Shown here: in pieces, positions 16,008 through 25,262 of the stretch
Layout of the letters: the number at the start of each line of letters is the position of its first letter
How positions within the stretch are numbered: position 1 is the stretch's first letter
Assembly: GCA_024278765.1 (NCBI GenBank)
Contig: JAJRSM010000030.1
Location: 5,033 to 69,032 of the forward strand
DNA length: 64,000 nt
Source of the DNA: Deltaproteobacteria bacterium
Lineage (GTDB): Bacteria > Desulfobacterota > GWC2-55-46 > DRQE01
Direction of reading: 5' to 3'
Position numbers and translations under genes: made by a program
Notes under the pieces: model-generated
What the model saw: the letters and a program-made list of their open reading frames with translations, nothing else
Database searches by the model: none
What the model was told of the DNA's origin: nothing

Positions 16008-18134
16008 ATGAGATCTTCCTTTAGGCGAATATTCTTCTTTGTTATCGTACCGGCAATTCTGCTGGGTTTTTTATATGTATTTACATCGACTATAATTGAT
16101 GACCGCGCCGAAGCTACCAATGATGCATTTAGGTATACCAAGCACGGCGGTGGTACGGTCGATGGTATGCCCTTCAGTGGCGTCGACCGTGGCGTTAACC
16201 CTGATTATATCTATTATAACGATGCCTCCGAGGCCGGACAGTACGCAGCCGGTGAGTGCACAATGTGTCACGAGCCACATGCAAGCTTTGGCGGGGTAGA
16301 GCCCGAGCCTTCTGCCGGTACTTTTCAGGATCCTGACGGCGGTCCTAACCCGTATCTTGGGCTTGCCGGTGCTGACCAGAACTTCTGCTGGTATTGCCAT
16401 GAAAATATAAACTTTGACCCGCTTTACTGGGGTGGGACAGGTTTTTGGAAGTTCTATCAAGGGCAGGCCGTCTATGAGGCATCCAGCCATTTTATCAGTA
16501 ATAATATGAAGAGCCCGGGGTACGGCGCAAGTCAACCGTGGCCAAGGACCGACCGAACGAGTAATATTTTATCGGGGCATTGTTTGAATTGTCATACTCC
16601 GCACGGAATTATGGAGAACCAAGGTAGCGAGTACGATACAACGGCAGTTCCAACCTCCCCTACCAACTATCACCTTGCCGCAAATAACGCCTCGGTCAGC
16701 CAGGACTACCTTATTCCCCGCCAGCTTATTGCGTGGGAAGAGGCCCTTTGTCAGAACTGTCATGACGCGGACGGCCCTGCAACAACAAATATCAAGGACG
16801 CGCTGGCCAAGCGTTACAGCGGGGGAAGCGGCCATCCTGTGCAGGATACGACACTTGCGGGGAGGCATGTTGCGAGCGAGGGTGTTTTAAATACCAGCGA
16901 CCATGTCGAGTGTTACGATTGCCATAACCCGCATGCAGCTACAGGCGATGGCAGCGGCGGCACTATCGGTACTTCGGATTTTAACCGTCTCGCCGGCCAG
17001 AATTTTATCCAGTGTGACTCTACCGATTGTAGCGGTATTGAGACCAGTCCCGGTTCTTTAGGGCGCGATCCGAATGTCCACGAGGTATGCCTGAGATGTC
17101 ATGGCGACTCTTATGATTGCCTCATGTCTTATACGGCGTACGGGGCCTCTGCTGGAACCGAGGGCTGTACGCCCTTGCCTAACAGGTACAGGGGCAATGA
17201 GAATACCTCTGGTATAAACCTGCAACTGGGCAACTCCAATAAGAGGGTTGAGTTTAACCCTGATACAATTATAGGTACGGCGCATGGTGCTGACGCATCA
17301 AAGGTAAACAGCGGTTATCATCCGGTGGCCGTGCCCGGCAGGAATACTTCGATTCAGCTCTGTAACCAGCTCAAGGATGCCTTTAGTCTGAGTTGTATTA
17401 ACCAGGCAACGGCAGATATCGAACTTGGCAACCTTACAATCAACTGTACCGATTGCCATAATGATAATTCAATGGGCGGCGATACCATAATGGGGCCGAT
17501 CACTCAGTCCAATCTACGAACAACCGATGTCTACCCGGTCAATACGACCGGGGGGGTCGTCGGCCCTCACGGCTCGGAGTACCCGAGGATATTGAGGACG
17601 GATTACAGCACTGTGATGGGCACAGGTTCGTGTTCCGGAATGGGTGGGCACGGCGGTGGTGGAACCATCTCTGTTACCGACAGGCTCTGCTTCCGTTGTC
17701 ATGACAACGGGCCTTTTACATACACTGATTATAATAATGAGGGTGAGAACTGGACTAACTTCTGGGCGAGTAGTGGCGGTATGATGGGCAATAATTGGGG
17801 TAATAGCCTTCACTATTACCATCTAAGCCAGGGTACGAGCGACAATATTCCCATTACATGCCATGAGTGCCATAACAACGTGCACAGTAATGTGGAGGCC
17901 CCTAACACACAGTTTTACAGCGGAGCCAGTTGTTGCAGCGGCTGGCCTTCCGACGGCAATACTCATTTATTGAACTTCGGCCCGACGGTGACGGCCTCCA
18001 GTTACTCAAAGCCTGCGTGGTTTGTTAGCAGCGGTGATTTCAGGTGTAATATGAGGTGTCACGGCAAGACGATGTCTTCTTGCACTTATAGGGGGAAATA
18101 TGACGGCGGTCCGGGTGGAGGCGGTTGGTGTTAG
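16008..18134 (+). CDS. Membrane-anchored multiheme cytochrome c (9 CXXCH plus 1 CX3CH)
   Basis: AAGGAG RBS. N-terminal TM anchor. Heme motifs: CTMCH, CWYCH, CLNCH, CQNCH, CYDCH, CLRCH, CTDCH, CFRCH, CHECH and CNMRCH. Several have the CH.PH form common in Geobacter-type multiheme proteins. Gly-rich tracts (GGHGGGG, GGPGGGGWC at the C-terminus). Confidence 0.9.
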   Translation: MRSSFRRIFFFVIVPAILLGFLYVFTSTIIDDRAEATNDAFRYTKHGGGTVDGMPFSGVDRGVNPDYIYYNDASEAGQYAAGECTMCHEPHASFGGVEPEPSAGTFQDPDGGPNPYLGLAGADQNFCWYCHENINFDPLYWGGTGFWKFYQGQAVYEASSHFISNNMKSPGYGASQPWPRTDRTSNILSGHCLNCHTPHGIMENQGSEYDTTAVPTSPTNYHLAANNASVSQDYLIPRQLIAWEEALCQNCHDADGPATTNIKDALAKRYSGGSGHPVQDTTLAGRHVASEGVLNTSDHVECYDCHNPHAATGDGSGGTIGTSDFNRLAGQNFIQCDSTDCSGIETSPGSLGRDPNVHEVCLRCHGDSYDCLMSYTAYGASAGTEGCTPLPNRYRGNENTSGINLQLGNSNKRVEFNPDTIIGTAHGADASKVNSGYHPVAVPGRNTSIQLCNQLKDAFSLSCINQATADIELGNLTINCTDCHNDNSMGGDTIMGPITQSNLRTTDVYPVNTTGGVVGPHGSEYPRILRTDYSTVMGTGSCSGMGGHGGGGTISVTDRLCFRCHDNGPFTYTDYNNEGENWTNFWASSGGMMGNNWGNSLHYYHLSQGTSDNIPITCHECHNNVHSNVEAPNTQFYSGASCCSGWPSDGNTHLLNFGPTVTASSYSKPAWFVSSGDFRCNMRCHGKTMSSCTYRGKYDGGPGGGGWC

Positions 18135-18946
18135 GCAGGCAGGCAATATTTTATGTGGTTCTTGCAGCAGTTGTTTTTTTTGCGGCAGGTGAGTCCTTCG
18201 CAGCCGATACCGACAAAATCGCGCTGGATGCGGAAGACGGTATGGTACTTATTCCGGCCGGTGAATTTATAAGGGGCATTGACGAGGATGACCCTTTGGG
18301 CTTTATCTGGGGCAGTCCGCAGAGCAAGGTCTTTTTGCCGAATTTTTATATAGACAGATATGAGGTTACCAACAGGGAATATAAAGTATTTGTAGAGGCA
18401 ACCGAACACAGGGTGCCTTTTGATGATCAATACGACACCATATACGACTGGATAGACGGAGCGTATACGGAGAACTTTGATGATCATCCTGTAGTTCTTG
18501 TAGATTGGCATGACGCAACGGCATATTGCAGTTGGGCGGGTAAGAGGCTGCCGACAGAGGCCGAGTGGGAGAAGGCCGCTCGTGGCACCGATGGCAGGCA
18601 CTGGCCCTGGGGCAACGAGTACGACAGGTTCAAGGCCAATACGATAGACTTTAATGTGAAGATGACCTTGCCGGTAGGTACTTTCCCCGAAGGGGCGAGC
18701 CCTTACGGGGTTATGGATATGGCGGGCAGCGTCTTTGAGTGGACAAGCGTTTGGTACAAGGGGTATCCGGGTACTAAGCAACAACATAAGGACTATGGTG
18801 AGCTATATAAAGTTGTTCGCAGCGGGGCATGGACAGCCCCGGCAGATCCTTATGCCTTTACAATGCTTAGAACGGCGCAACCGATAGATTATAAGCATCG
18901 CAGCCAGGGCTTCAGGTGCGTAAGGCCGGCAAAGGCCGGTAAGTAG
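18125..18946 (+). CDS. FGE-sulfatase fold protein (SUMF1/EgtB/PvdO family), secreted
   Basis: TTG/GTG start overlaps the cytochrome stop. Signal peptide ...GESFA|A. Family hallmarks: YIDRYEVTNREY, HPVV.V.W.DA.AYC.W.GKRLPTEAEWEKAARG, RSGAW..., GFRCV. Confidence 0.85.
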   Translation: MVLGRQAIFYVVLAAVVFFAAGESFAADTDKIALDAEDGMVLIPAGEFIRGIDEDDPLGFIWGSPQSKVFLPNFYIDRYEVTNREYKVFVEATEHRVPFDDQYDTIYDWIDGAYTENFDDHPVVLVDWHDATAYCSWAGKRLPTEAEWEKAARGTDGRHWPWGNEYDRFKANTIDFNVKMTLPVGTFPEGASPYGVMDMAGSVFEWTSVWYKGYPGTKQQHKDYGELYKVVRSGAWTAPADPYAFTMLRTAQPIDYKHRSQGFRCVRPAKAGK

Positions 18947-18960
18947 TTTGAGGTAAAGTT

Positions 18961-19770
18961 ATGAAAAAGACCGCAATATTTATACTGATAGTCTCTTCTT
19001 TTATGCTCTCGGCTTGTGTTGCTATGCTTGGCTTCAGGCCGGCTACGATCCAGGGCGAGGGGAAATATGACGTTATGGTGCTTGTCCCAGCAGGTAAATT
19101 CATAATGGGCAGTGACCCTGAAGACGAAAAGCGCGGAATAATGGTAGGCATAGACGAGCAGCCACAGAGAGAGGTCAAGGTAGAGGCCTTTTATATCGAT
19201 AAATACGAGGCTACTAATGCGCAGTACCAGAGGTTCACAGAGGCAACCGGGAACAAGACCCCTTATGACTATAAGAATCGGCAGTACCCTGAGGGTGAGG
19301 GTGATTGGCCTGTCTCTCATATAGACTGGTATGATGCTAAGGCTTATTGTAGCTGGGTAGGCAAAAGGCTTCCCACAGAGATCGAGTGGGAGAAGGCTGC
19401 GCGCGGTACCGACGGGAGGATATATCCCTGGGGCGATGAGTATGACGCTGATAAGTTAAATACAAGGGACTGGAATAAAAGGAAGGTCGATAGGGTCAAG
19501 GTCGGTAGCTTCCCTTCGGGGGCAAGCCCTTACGGAGCCCTGGATATGGGCGGAAGCGTATGGGAGTGGACCGAGGACTGGTACGAGGCTTACCCCGGTA
19601 GTGCTATAAAGGGCAGGGTTGATTTCGGCAAGACCTATAAGATTGCCCGTGGAGGCGCATGGAACAGTACGGGCGCCGACCTCGCAAGGAGCAATATGAG
19701 ATATACCTATCTTCCTGATCAGTCATACCACTGCTTTATAGGAGTACGCTGTGTCAAAGATGTCAAGTAA
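18961..19770 (+). CDS. FGE-sulfatase fold lipoprotein, tandem paralog of the preceding gene
   Basis: Lipobox FMLSA|C. Same hallmark blocks as the paralog (YIDKYEATNAQY, WYDAKAYCSWVGKRLPTEIEWEKAARG, ARGGAW, GVRCV). Confidence 0.85.
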   Translation: MKKTAIFILIVSSFMLSACVAMLGFRPATIQGEGKYDVMVLVPAGKFIMGSDPEDEKRGIMVGIDEQPQREVKVEAFYIDKYEATNAQYQRFTEATGNKTPYDYKNRQYPEGEGDWPVSHIDWYDAKAYCSWVGKRLPTEIEWEKAARGTDGRIYPWGDEYDADKLNTRDWNKRKVDRVKVGSFPSGASPYGALDMGGSVWEWTEDWYEAYPGSAIKGRVDFGKTYKIARGGAWNSTGADLARSNMRYTYLPDQSYHCFIGVRCVKDVK

Positions 19771-20323
19771 CGGCCTGCGTCTCTCTTTTTTACCGCTACT
19801 ACTTCTTGTATTGATATCTCTTACCGCCTGTAGCAACTCAAAGCGTGACGTTTATATTAGTCATCTTGGCCAGGAAGTACGCCTTGCCGATTATGACGGC
19901 AAGGTCGTGCTCATGAACTTTGTCTACACCTCGTGCGCGCATGGTGGCTGCGATATGTTAACGAGCCAGTTCTTGCGGGTGCAGACCTTGTTGAAGAACA
20001 GAGTTGGTAAGGATCTTTTTCTTGTGAGTATATCTATCGACCCTAAAAACGACACTCCTGAAATCCTGAACAAATTTGCAAAAAAAAACAAGGTGGATTC
20101 AAAAGGCTGGCATTTTCTTAGCTCTGATGAAGGAACTATTAACAGGATTATGAAAAAGCATGGCGTCCAGTGGCGAACTGACCCTGACGGAAGCCGCCAT
20201 CACAAGGCTGTTATAGTCCTCTTTAATAAGCTTGGAAAGAAGGTTATAGTCTATAACGATAAAGCATATAACACAACCGAGATGGTCAATGATGTGAAAA
20301 GACTTCTTGGTCCCCTTAACTAG
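19751..20323 (+). CDS. SCO1/SenC-like thioredoxin-fold lipoprotein with variant Cys motif
   Basis: Lipobox SLTA|C. Region GKVVLMNFVYTSCAHGGCD resembles the SCO FGFT.CP..CP block but reads C-x4-C instead of C-x3-C. Start could be GTG 19751 or ATG 19760. Confidence 0.6.
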   Translation: MSKMSSNGLRLSFLPLLLLVLISLTACSNSKRDVYISHLGQEVRLADYDGKVVLMNFVYTSCAHGGCDMLTSQFLRVQTLLKNRVGKDLFLVSISIDPKNDTPEILNKFAKKNKVDSKGWHFLSSDEGTINRIMKKHGVQWRTDPDGSRHHKAVIVLFNKLGKKVIVYNDKAYNTTEMVNDVKRLLGPLN

Positions 20324-20471
20324 TCATGGGGAGTTTTACAAAATTATTTTTTTGTTTTTTCAGTCAAATTATCTGAAAAGACTTAAATTTGTATTTTTTC
20401 CTCTTTTTTTGATAGTTGGTTGCAGTTTTTACATAAAGGACTGTTTTGCTCCGCTTTTCTGTTGTTTTCAC

Positions 20472-20501
20472 TTGCCTTTTAGAGTTCCCATGGTTTATAA
20501 T
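20472..20501 (+). promoter_or_regulatory. Candidate sigma-70 promoter upstream of the LuxR-type gene
   Basis: TTGCCT (20472-20477), 18-nt spacer, TATAAT (20496-20501). Confidence 0.35.
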
Positions 20502-20623
20502 CAGAAATAATGCTTACTAATTCTATAGTTAAAGTAGCAAGCTGCCGATAATAGTTTATATAAGATATATACTGTTCTGTATTAGTCATATTATAGCTAC
20601 TAGTAATTTTAACCGGGGAATTT

Positions 20624-21277
20624 ATGCACGTTAAGGTACTACTTGCTTTCAGCAATAACCTTTTTTCCGAGGGGATTACAAGGCTCTTAGAGGATTATGA
20701 GGAGATAGAGTCATATCTCTTCAGGGAAAACGATGACCTTGATGCAACGTTAAAGGAGTTGTCTCCGGATATAGTCCTTATGGACTTTATTACGCTATAT
20801 GGCTTTTTTGCAAATATTAACCCAACCTCAAAGATGGCCTTTATCCTGGTCGATACTTATTGCGGCGAGGAAAATATCGTCTCTGCCTTTGTCAGTCGCA
20901 GGGTCACAGGGATATTAACGCCAGAGACGAATACGGAGATGCTGGTCAAGGCTATTAATGTGGTCTCTAAGGGTGAGGTATGGATAGATAATAATAATAT
21001 CAAGAACTTGATGATGGGGCTAAGTGCCCTGAAGGGTGAGCCGGCAACAGGTAAGATATCGGCGCGTGAGAAGGAGATAGTGGCACTAGTCGTCAATGGC
21101 CATCGCAATAAAGAGATAGCCGAGAAGCTTTGCATCAGCGAGCAGACCGTTAAGACCCATCTTTACAGGATCTTCAAGAAGCTTGCCTTGCAGAATAGAT
21201 CGCAGCTGATCGTCTTTGCTTTAAAGAATCCAAGCATAGTTGAGAGCCATTCTAATGCCTCCTTTCACGTATCCTAA
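20624..21277 (+). CDS. LuxR/FixJ-type transcriptional regulator with atypical receiver-like N-terminal domain
   Basis: C-terminal HTH ...REKEIVALVVNGHRNKEIAEKLCISEQTVKTHLYRIFKKL. The N-terminal domain is receiver-sized and keeps IVLMD, but lacks the acidic DD pair (LLAFSNN). Confidence 0.8.
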   Translation: MHVKVLLAFSNNLFSEGITRLLEDYEEIESYLFRENDDLDATLKELSPDIVLMDFITLYGFFANINPTSKMAFILVDTYCGEENIVSAFVSRRVTGILTPETNTEMLVKAINVVSKGEVWIDNNNIKNLMMGLSALKGEPATGKISAREKEIVALVVNGHRNKEIAEKLCISEQTVKTHLYRIFKKLALQNRSQLIVFALKNPSIVESHSNASFHVS

Positions 21278-21384
21278 AACCTGAGATCTATACCTCCTTT
21301 AACTAGTTTCGCTGTGTTTAAACTTTTATTGTAATTTCGTAGCGTCGATTGCTACTAAAGTTGCATCTAAGAAGATTTTAGCTG

Positions 21385-21522
21385 TAATACTAAAGTGTAA
21401 TACTATACTGCAACTTATTGTAGTTATGGTCTTAATACTTTAGGTGTGTAAAATGCATGCTCTTGACCGATTGTTTAATTCTTTGATTTTTGATTAAATA
21501 AGAACTAATATATTTTAATACT
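21385..21522 (+). repeat. Four copies of TAATACT in the prsT upstream region
   Basis: Copies at 21385-21391 and 21398-21404 (both within GTAATACTA, 13-bp spacing), and at 21433-21439 and 21516-21522 (both within TTAATACTT). Confidence 0.7.
21483..21511 (+). promoter_or_regulatory. Candidate sigma-70 promoter upstream of prsT
   Basis: TTGATT (21483-21488), 17-nt spacer, TAATAT (21506-21511). Confidence 0.3.
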
Positions 21523-21551
21523 TAAATTCTAATGTCAGGGGTGGCTGAATT

Positions 21552-24341
21552 ATGAGAACTGCAAGTAAGCTTGTCGCACTATTTCTATTGCTTTTTGTCT
21601 GGACTGTCGGTTGTGGTGGTGATTATAAAGTCAAGGCCGCAGAGCATTATACTAAAGGTGTTGCCTTTCTAGAGGCCGAAGAATATAACGCCGCAATAAT
21701 CGAATTTAGAAACTCAATTCAGTTGGATGCAGGTATCGGCAAGGTTGATCACAGCCTAGCAAAGGCCTATATGAAGGTCGGTAAGATTGCTTCCGCTGAG
21801 AAAGCATTTAAAAGAGCCATTAAGTTTGACCCTGCCCTAAGCTCTGATATCGATATTGAGCTTGCAAAAATATCCCTGGCTAAAAACGATATAGATTCTG
21901 CCTACGCAGCCACCAAGGATCTTATAGAGCGCTCACCTGAGGATATCGATACCCTCAAGCTTGCCGCTTCTGTCCATGCTGCCAAGCGTGACAAAGATAA
22001 AGCAAAAGAATATTATCAGAAAGTTCTTGCTTTAGACGCTAATGATATTGATGCCCATGTCGGTCTTGCCGCTATCTATCTGACAGAAGGTGATACCAAA
22101 AAAACAGAGAAAGAGATTGCAATAGTGCTTGACCTTGATAGTGAGTCTGTAAGGGCACGCTATATAAAGGCCGAGTTATTGGTGAAGAATAAAAAGTATG
22201 ACGATGCAATCGCGGTCTATAAAGAAATCGTCGAGATAGATAACGAGCAGCACTATGCGCTCAAGCGTATAGTGCATATCTTGATATCACTTGATCGTTA
22301 TGATGATGCTGTAGTAACGGCAGGTAAGATTATAGCCAAGAATGCTAATGATGCTGATGGATATTATCTCAAGGGGCTTGCCCAGATGAGAAAGGGCAGT
22401 AAGGCAAACTTGGATGATGCAAAGATTAACTTTGAGATGGCCACAAGTAAAAACAACGGTCATTTCTGGGCGCATTATTTTCTAGGTGTTGTGCTGTATA
22501 AGGACGGTAGTTTTGAACGTGCTATCACATCGTTTCAGATGGTAAAGAATATCTCGCCAAAGTTTTCACTTGTACATCTTCCGCTGGCGATTCTTTATTT
22601 ACAGAAAAAACTTCCTGATGATGCCATTGATGAGGCCAGGAAGGCAATAAAACATAGCCCTGATAATGCAATGGCTTATAACGTCTTGGGTACTGCTTAT
22701 ATGATGAAGAGGGATCTTGATAAGGGGCTGGCATCTTTGCAGAAGGCTATGGAGCTTGACCCTAAGCTTGCCGATACGTATGCAAAGCTTGGTGGTTTTT
22801 ATATGGGGACTGGTAAGCCAAAAGATGCAATCAAGGAATATAACTCAGCACTGAAGATAGATCCTAAACTTTTAAATGTCAGAATATTGCTGGGAATGGC
22901 TCACCTGAAACAAAAAGAATTTGATAAGGCAGTCAAGGTCTTTGATGCTGGGCTTAAGCATGAGGAAGATAATGTAGTACTGATGAACTTGATTGGTTCG
23001 GTTTATTTAGCAAAGAAAGATCATAAAGAGGCTCGCAAGCATTACAAAAAAGCAATTGAGATAAATGACAAGTTTGTTGCTCCGCATTTTAATCTGGCTT
23101 TGATCTCGCTCCTTGAAAAGGATAATGACGGCGCACTTAAGGAGTATAGGAATATTCTTAAAAAAGATCCTGAAAACCTGAAGGCCCTTATCGCAGCCGG
23201 TGAGTTGCTGGAGAAGGCTGGGGACTTCGGCGCGGCAGAGAAGAGCTATGAAAAGGCCTTAAGCCTCAAGCATCCCCTAGCCTATACATCTTTAATCAGA
23301 CTCTACTTTACTAATGACAAGAAGGATAAGGCAGTTGATATCGCAAAACAGGCCGTAAAACTCAATCCAAAATCGTCGCTTGCAGTTAAATTACTTGTAG
23401 ATACATACTTCTCAATCGGTGATGCAAAGTCAGCCGTAAAGACTCTGGAAGAGGCAAAGGTAACTAACCCTATCTCGGTATATTCTTACAACCGGCTCGG
23501 AGCCTACTACACAAAAGCAGGGGAGGCTGATAAGGCGATCTCTGAGTTTAAAGAGTCCTTGAATATTGAATCACGCCAGCCCGATACCTTGGGAGCTTTA
23601 TCAATACTTCTACTAAGAATAGACGATTTGGACCAGGCTGATGAGTATGCCGGAAAACTGATTCGGTTAAAACCAGAATATAGCGCAAGCTATATTCCTC
23701 AAGCAACTATCCAGAGGGAAAAAGGTCAGCTTGATGCCGCTCTAAAGACCTTGATAATGGCTACTTCAAAAGAGCCCTCTAACCTTAGCGTGCGTATGAT
23801 GCTTGGTGATCTTTATCTTGCAAAAAAGAATTATAAAAAAGCTTTAAAAGTCTATAAGAAAATAGAAAGCGAGAAGCCGGATGCCTGGAATATTTATATG
23901 AAGCAGGGGGTTCTTTATCAGGAAATGGGAGAGATGACCCTAGCAACGAAAAGCTATGAAAAGGCTCTGAGTCTTTCACCTGATAACCCGGCTGTACTTA
24001 ATAACCTTGCGTGGGCCATGGCTGAGCAAGGCACAGATCTTGATACAGCCCTGATTTACGCAAAGAAGGCACTGGAGAAGGCCAATGAACATCCAGGGAT
24101 TATAGATACTCTCGGATGGGTACTCTATAAGAGGGGCGATTATGCTGGAGCTCTCGCAAGGTTTGCCAAGGCCTCGGAGCTAATACCTGATAACCCAACA
24201 ATACGTTATCACCACGCGCTGGGCTTAATAAAGACAGGGGATAAAGAAAAGGCCAGAGACGAACTTGAGGCAGCACTAGGGGTAGATAGTTCATTCCCGG
24301 AAAAAAAGGATGCCGAGCGTCTTTTGTCGACAATCAGGTGA
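21552..24341 (+). CDS. prsT: PEP-CTERM system TPR-repeat lipoprotein (PrsT-like)
   Basis: 929 aa of TPR repeats throughout. N-terminal signal ends in ...VWTVG|CGG. Size, repeat content and position at the head of the EPS export genes match the PrsT family described for PEP-CTERM loci. Confidence 0.8.
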   Translation: MRTASKLVALFLLLFVWTVGCGGDYKVKAAEHYTKGVAFLEAEEYNAAIIEFRNSIQLDAGIGKVDHSLAKAYMKVGKIASAEKAFKRAIKFDPALSSDIDIELAKISLAKNDIDSAYAATKDLIERSPEDIDTLKLAASVHAAKRDKDKAKEYYQKVLALDANDIDAHVGLAAIYLTEGDTKKTEKEIAIVLDLDSESVRARYIKAELLVKNKKYDDAIAVYKEIVEIDNEQHYALKRIVHILISLDRYDDAVVTAGKIIAKNANDADGYYLKGLAQMRKGSKANLDDAKINFEMATSKNNGHFWAHYFLGVVLYKDGSFERAITSFQMVKNISPKFSLVHLPLAILYLQKKLPDDAIDEARKAIKHSPDNAMAYNVLGTAYMMKRDLDKGLASLQKAMELDPKLADTYAKLGGFYMGTGKPKDAIKEYNSALKIDPKLLNVRILLGMAHLKQKEFDKAVKVFDAGLKHEEDNVVLMNLIGSVYLAKKDHKEARKHYKKAIEINDKFVAPHFNLALISLLEKDNDGALKEYRNILKKDPENLKALIAAGELLEKAGDFGAAEKSYEKALSLKHPLAYTSLIRLYFTNDKKDKAVDIAKQAVKLNPKSSLAVKLLVDTYFSIGDAKSAVKTLEEAKVTNPISVYSYNRLGAYYTKAGEADKAISEFKESLNIESRQPDTLGALSILLLRIDDLDQADEYAGKLIRLKPEYSASYIPQATIQREKGQLDAALKTLIMATSKEPSNLSVRMMLGDLYLAKKNYKKALKVYKKIESEKPDAWNIYMKQGVLYQEMGEMTLATKSYEKALSLSPDNPAVLNNLAWAMAEQGTDLDTALIYAKKALEKANEHPGIIDTLGWVLYKRGDYAGALARFAKASELIPDNPTIRYHHALGLIKTGDKEKARDELEAALGVDSSFPEKKDAERLLSTIR

Positions 24342-24386
24342 TATAAGATTAATCAGTAATAATTAAAAAGAGAGATCAATACGAAT

Positions 24387-25262
24387 ATGACGATATTAAT
24401 TAAAATAGGATCTAATCTCAGACCACCTAAGATGATTGCTTTAGTCTTTGTGCTACTTCTGGCGGCTTTGATCTTTGCAAGTCCTGCCAGTGCTGCTAAA
24501 GGTGCTGATAGTTATGTGATCGGTGTAGAGGATGTCCTGAATATAAGTGTTTGGGAGAATGCAGAGCTAAGTGTTAGTGTCTCGGTTAGGCCCGACGGTA
24601 AGGTGACTATGCCTCTTCTTGGTGATATAAGGGCCAAGGGGTTCAGGCCTGAGCAGCTTAAAAAGAGACTGGAAAAAAAGCTGGCTTCTTTTGTGCGTAC
24701 CCCTACCGTTACCGTTACGGTCTCGGCGATAAATAGTTTTAAGGTCTATGTCGTTGGCGGTGGTACTTCCGCTCAGGTGGTATCTCTTAGAAGGAATACC
24801 ACGCTTTTGCAGCTTTTTGCTCACATAGGGACACTAAATAATGCAGATATAGAGGGTGCGTTCCTCTTAAGAGGTGATAAGAAGGTAGAGGTGGATCTCT
24901 ACAATCTGGTTGTTAGGGGTGATTACACATTGGATATACCGCTTAAATCCGGTGATATGGTCTTTGTCCCTGATGACTTTGAGACAAGACTACAGGTCGT
25001 GGGGGCTGTAAAGAATCCACAGACATTATCCTATAAAAGAGGGCTGACTATCGTAGACGCGGTGCTTTTGGCAGGTGGCTTTACCGAGTTTGCCGATCCC
25101 AAGAAAGTCATAGTCTTTAGGAAGAGCACGGATAAGAAAGGTAATAAAAAGGTAGAGCAGATAGTTGTACGCTTCAACGATATCGTAAAAAAAGGAAAGG
25201 TTGAGAAGAACCTTATCCTTTTACCAGGCGATATGATCATTGTTAAGGAGGGGCTATTCTAG
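24387..25262 (+). CDS. Polysaccharide export protein (OPX/Wza family, PEP-CTERM locus type)
   Basis: Signal peptide. Poly_export block YVIGVEDVLNISVWEN...VRPDGKVTMPLLGDIRAKGFRPEQL. SLBB-like C-terminal repeats (GDMVFVP, PGDMIIV). Confidence 0.85.
   Translation: MTILIKIGSNLRPPKMIALVFVLLLAALIFASPASAAKGADSYVIGVEDVLNISVWENAELSVSVSVRPDGKVTMPLLGDIRAKGFRPEQLKKRLEKKLASFVRTPTVTVTVSAINSFKVYVVGGGTSAQVVSLRRNTTLLQLFAHIGTLNNADIEGAFLLRGDKKVEVDLYNLVVRGDYTLDIPLKSGDMVFVPDDFETRLQVVGAVKNPQTLSYKRGLTIVDAVLLAGGFTEFADPKKVIVFRKSTDKKGNKKVEQIVVRFNDIVKKGKVEKNLILLPGDMIIVKEGLF

Noticed and set aside
18131-18787. 218-aa ORF on the - strand
   Set aside because: It is antisense to the FGE-fold gene, whose family motifs are unambiguous. 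No motif, so probably a shadow ORF.
16008-19770. Search for a formylglycine target (CxPxR/SxPxR) for the FGE-fold proteins in neighbouring genes
   Set aside because: I did not spot a sulfatase-type motif in the cytochrome (the closest is CTPLPNR, which lacks R at position 5) or in the AlkP-like protein at 47760. A classical FGE-sulfatase relationship is therefore not supported.
20307-20510. 67-aa hydrophobic ORF after the SCO-like gene
   Set aside because: It has a non-ATG start and lies in a T-rich intergenic stretch where Phe/Leu-rich ORFs arise by chance. It has no RBS and overlaps the candidate promoter of the LuxR-type gene. A small membrane protein cannot be fully excluded.
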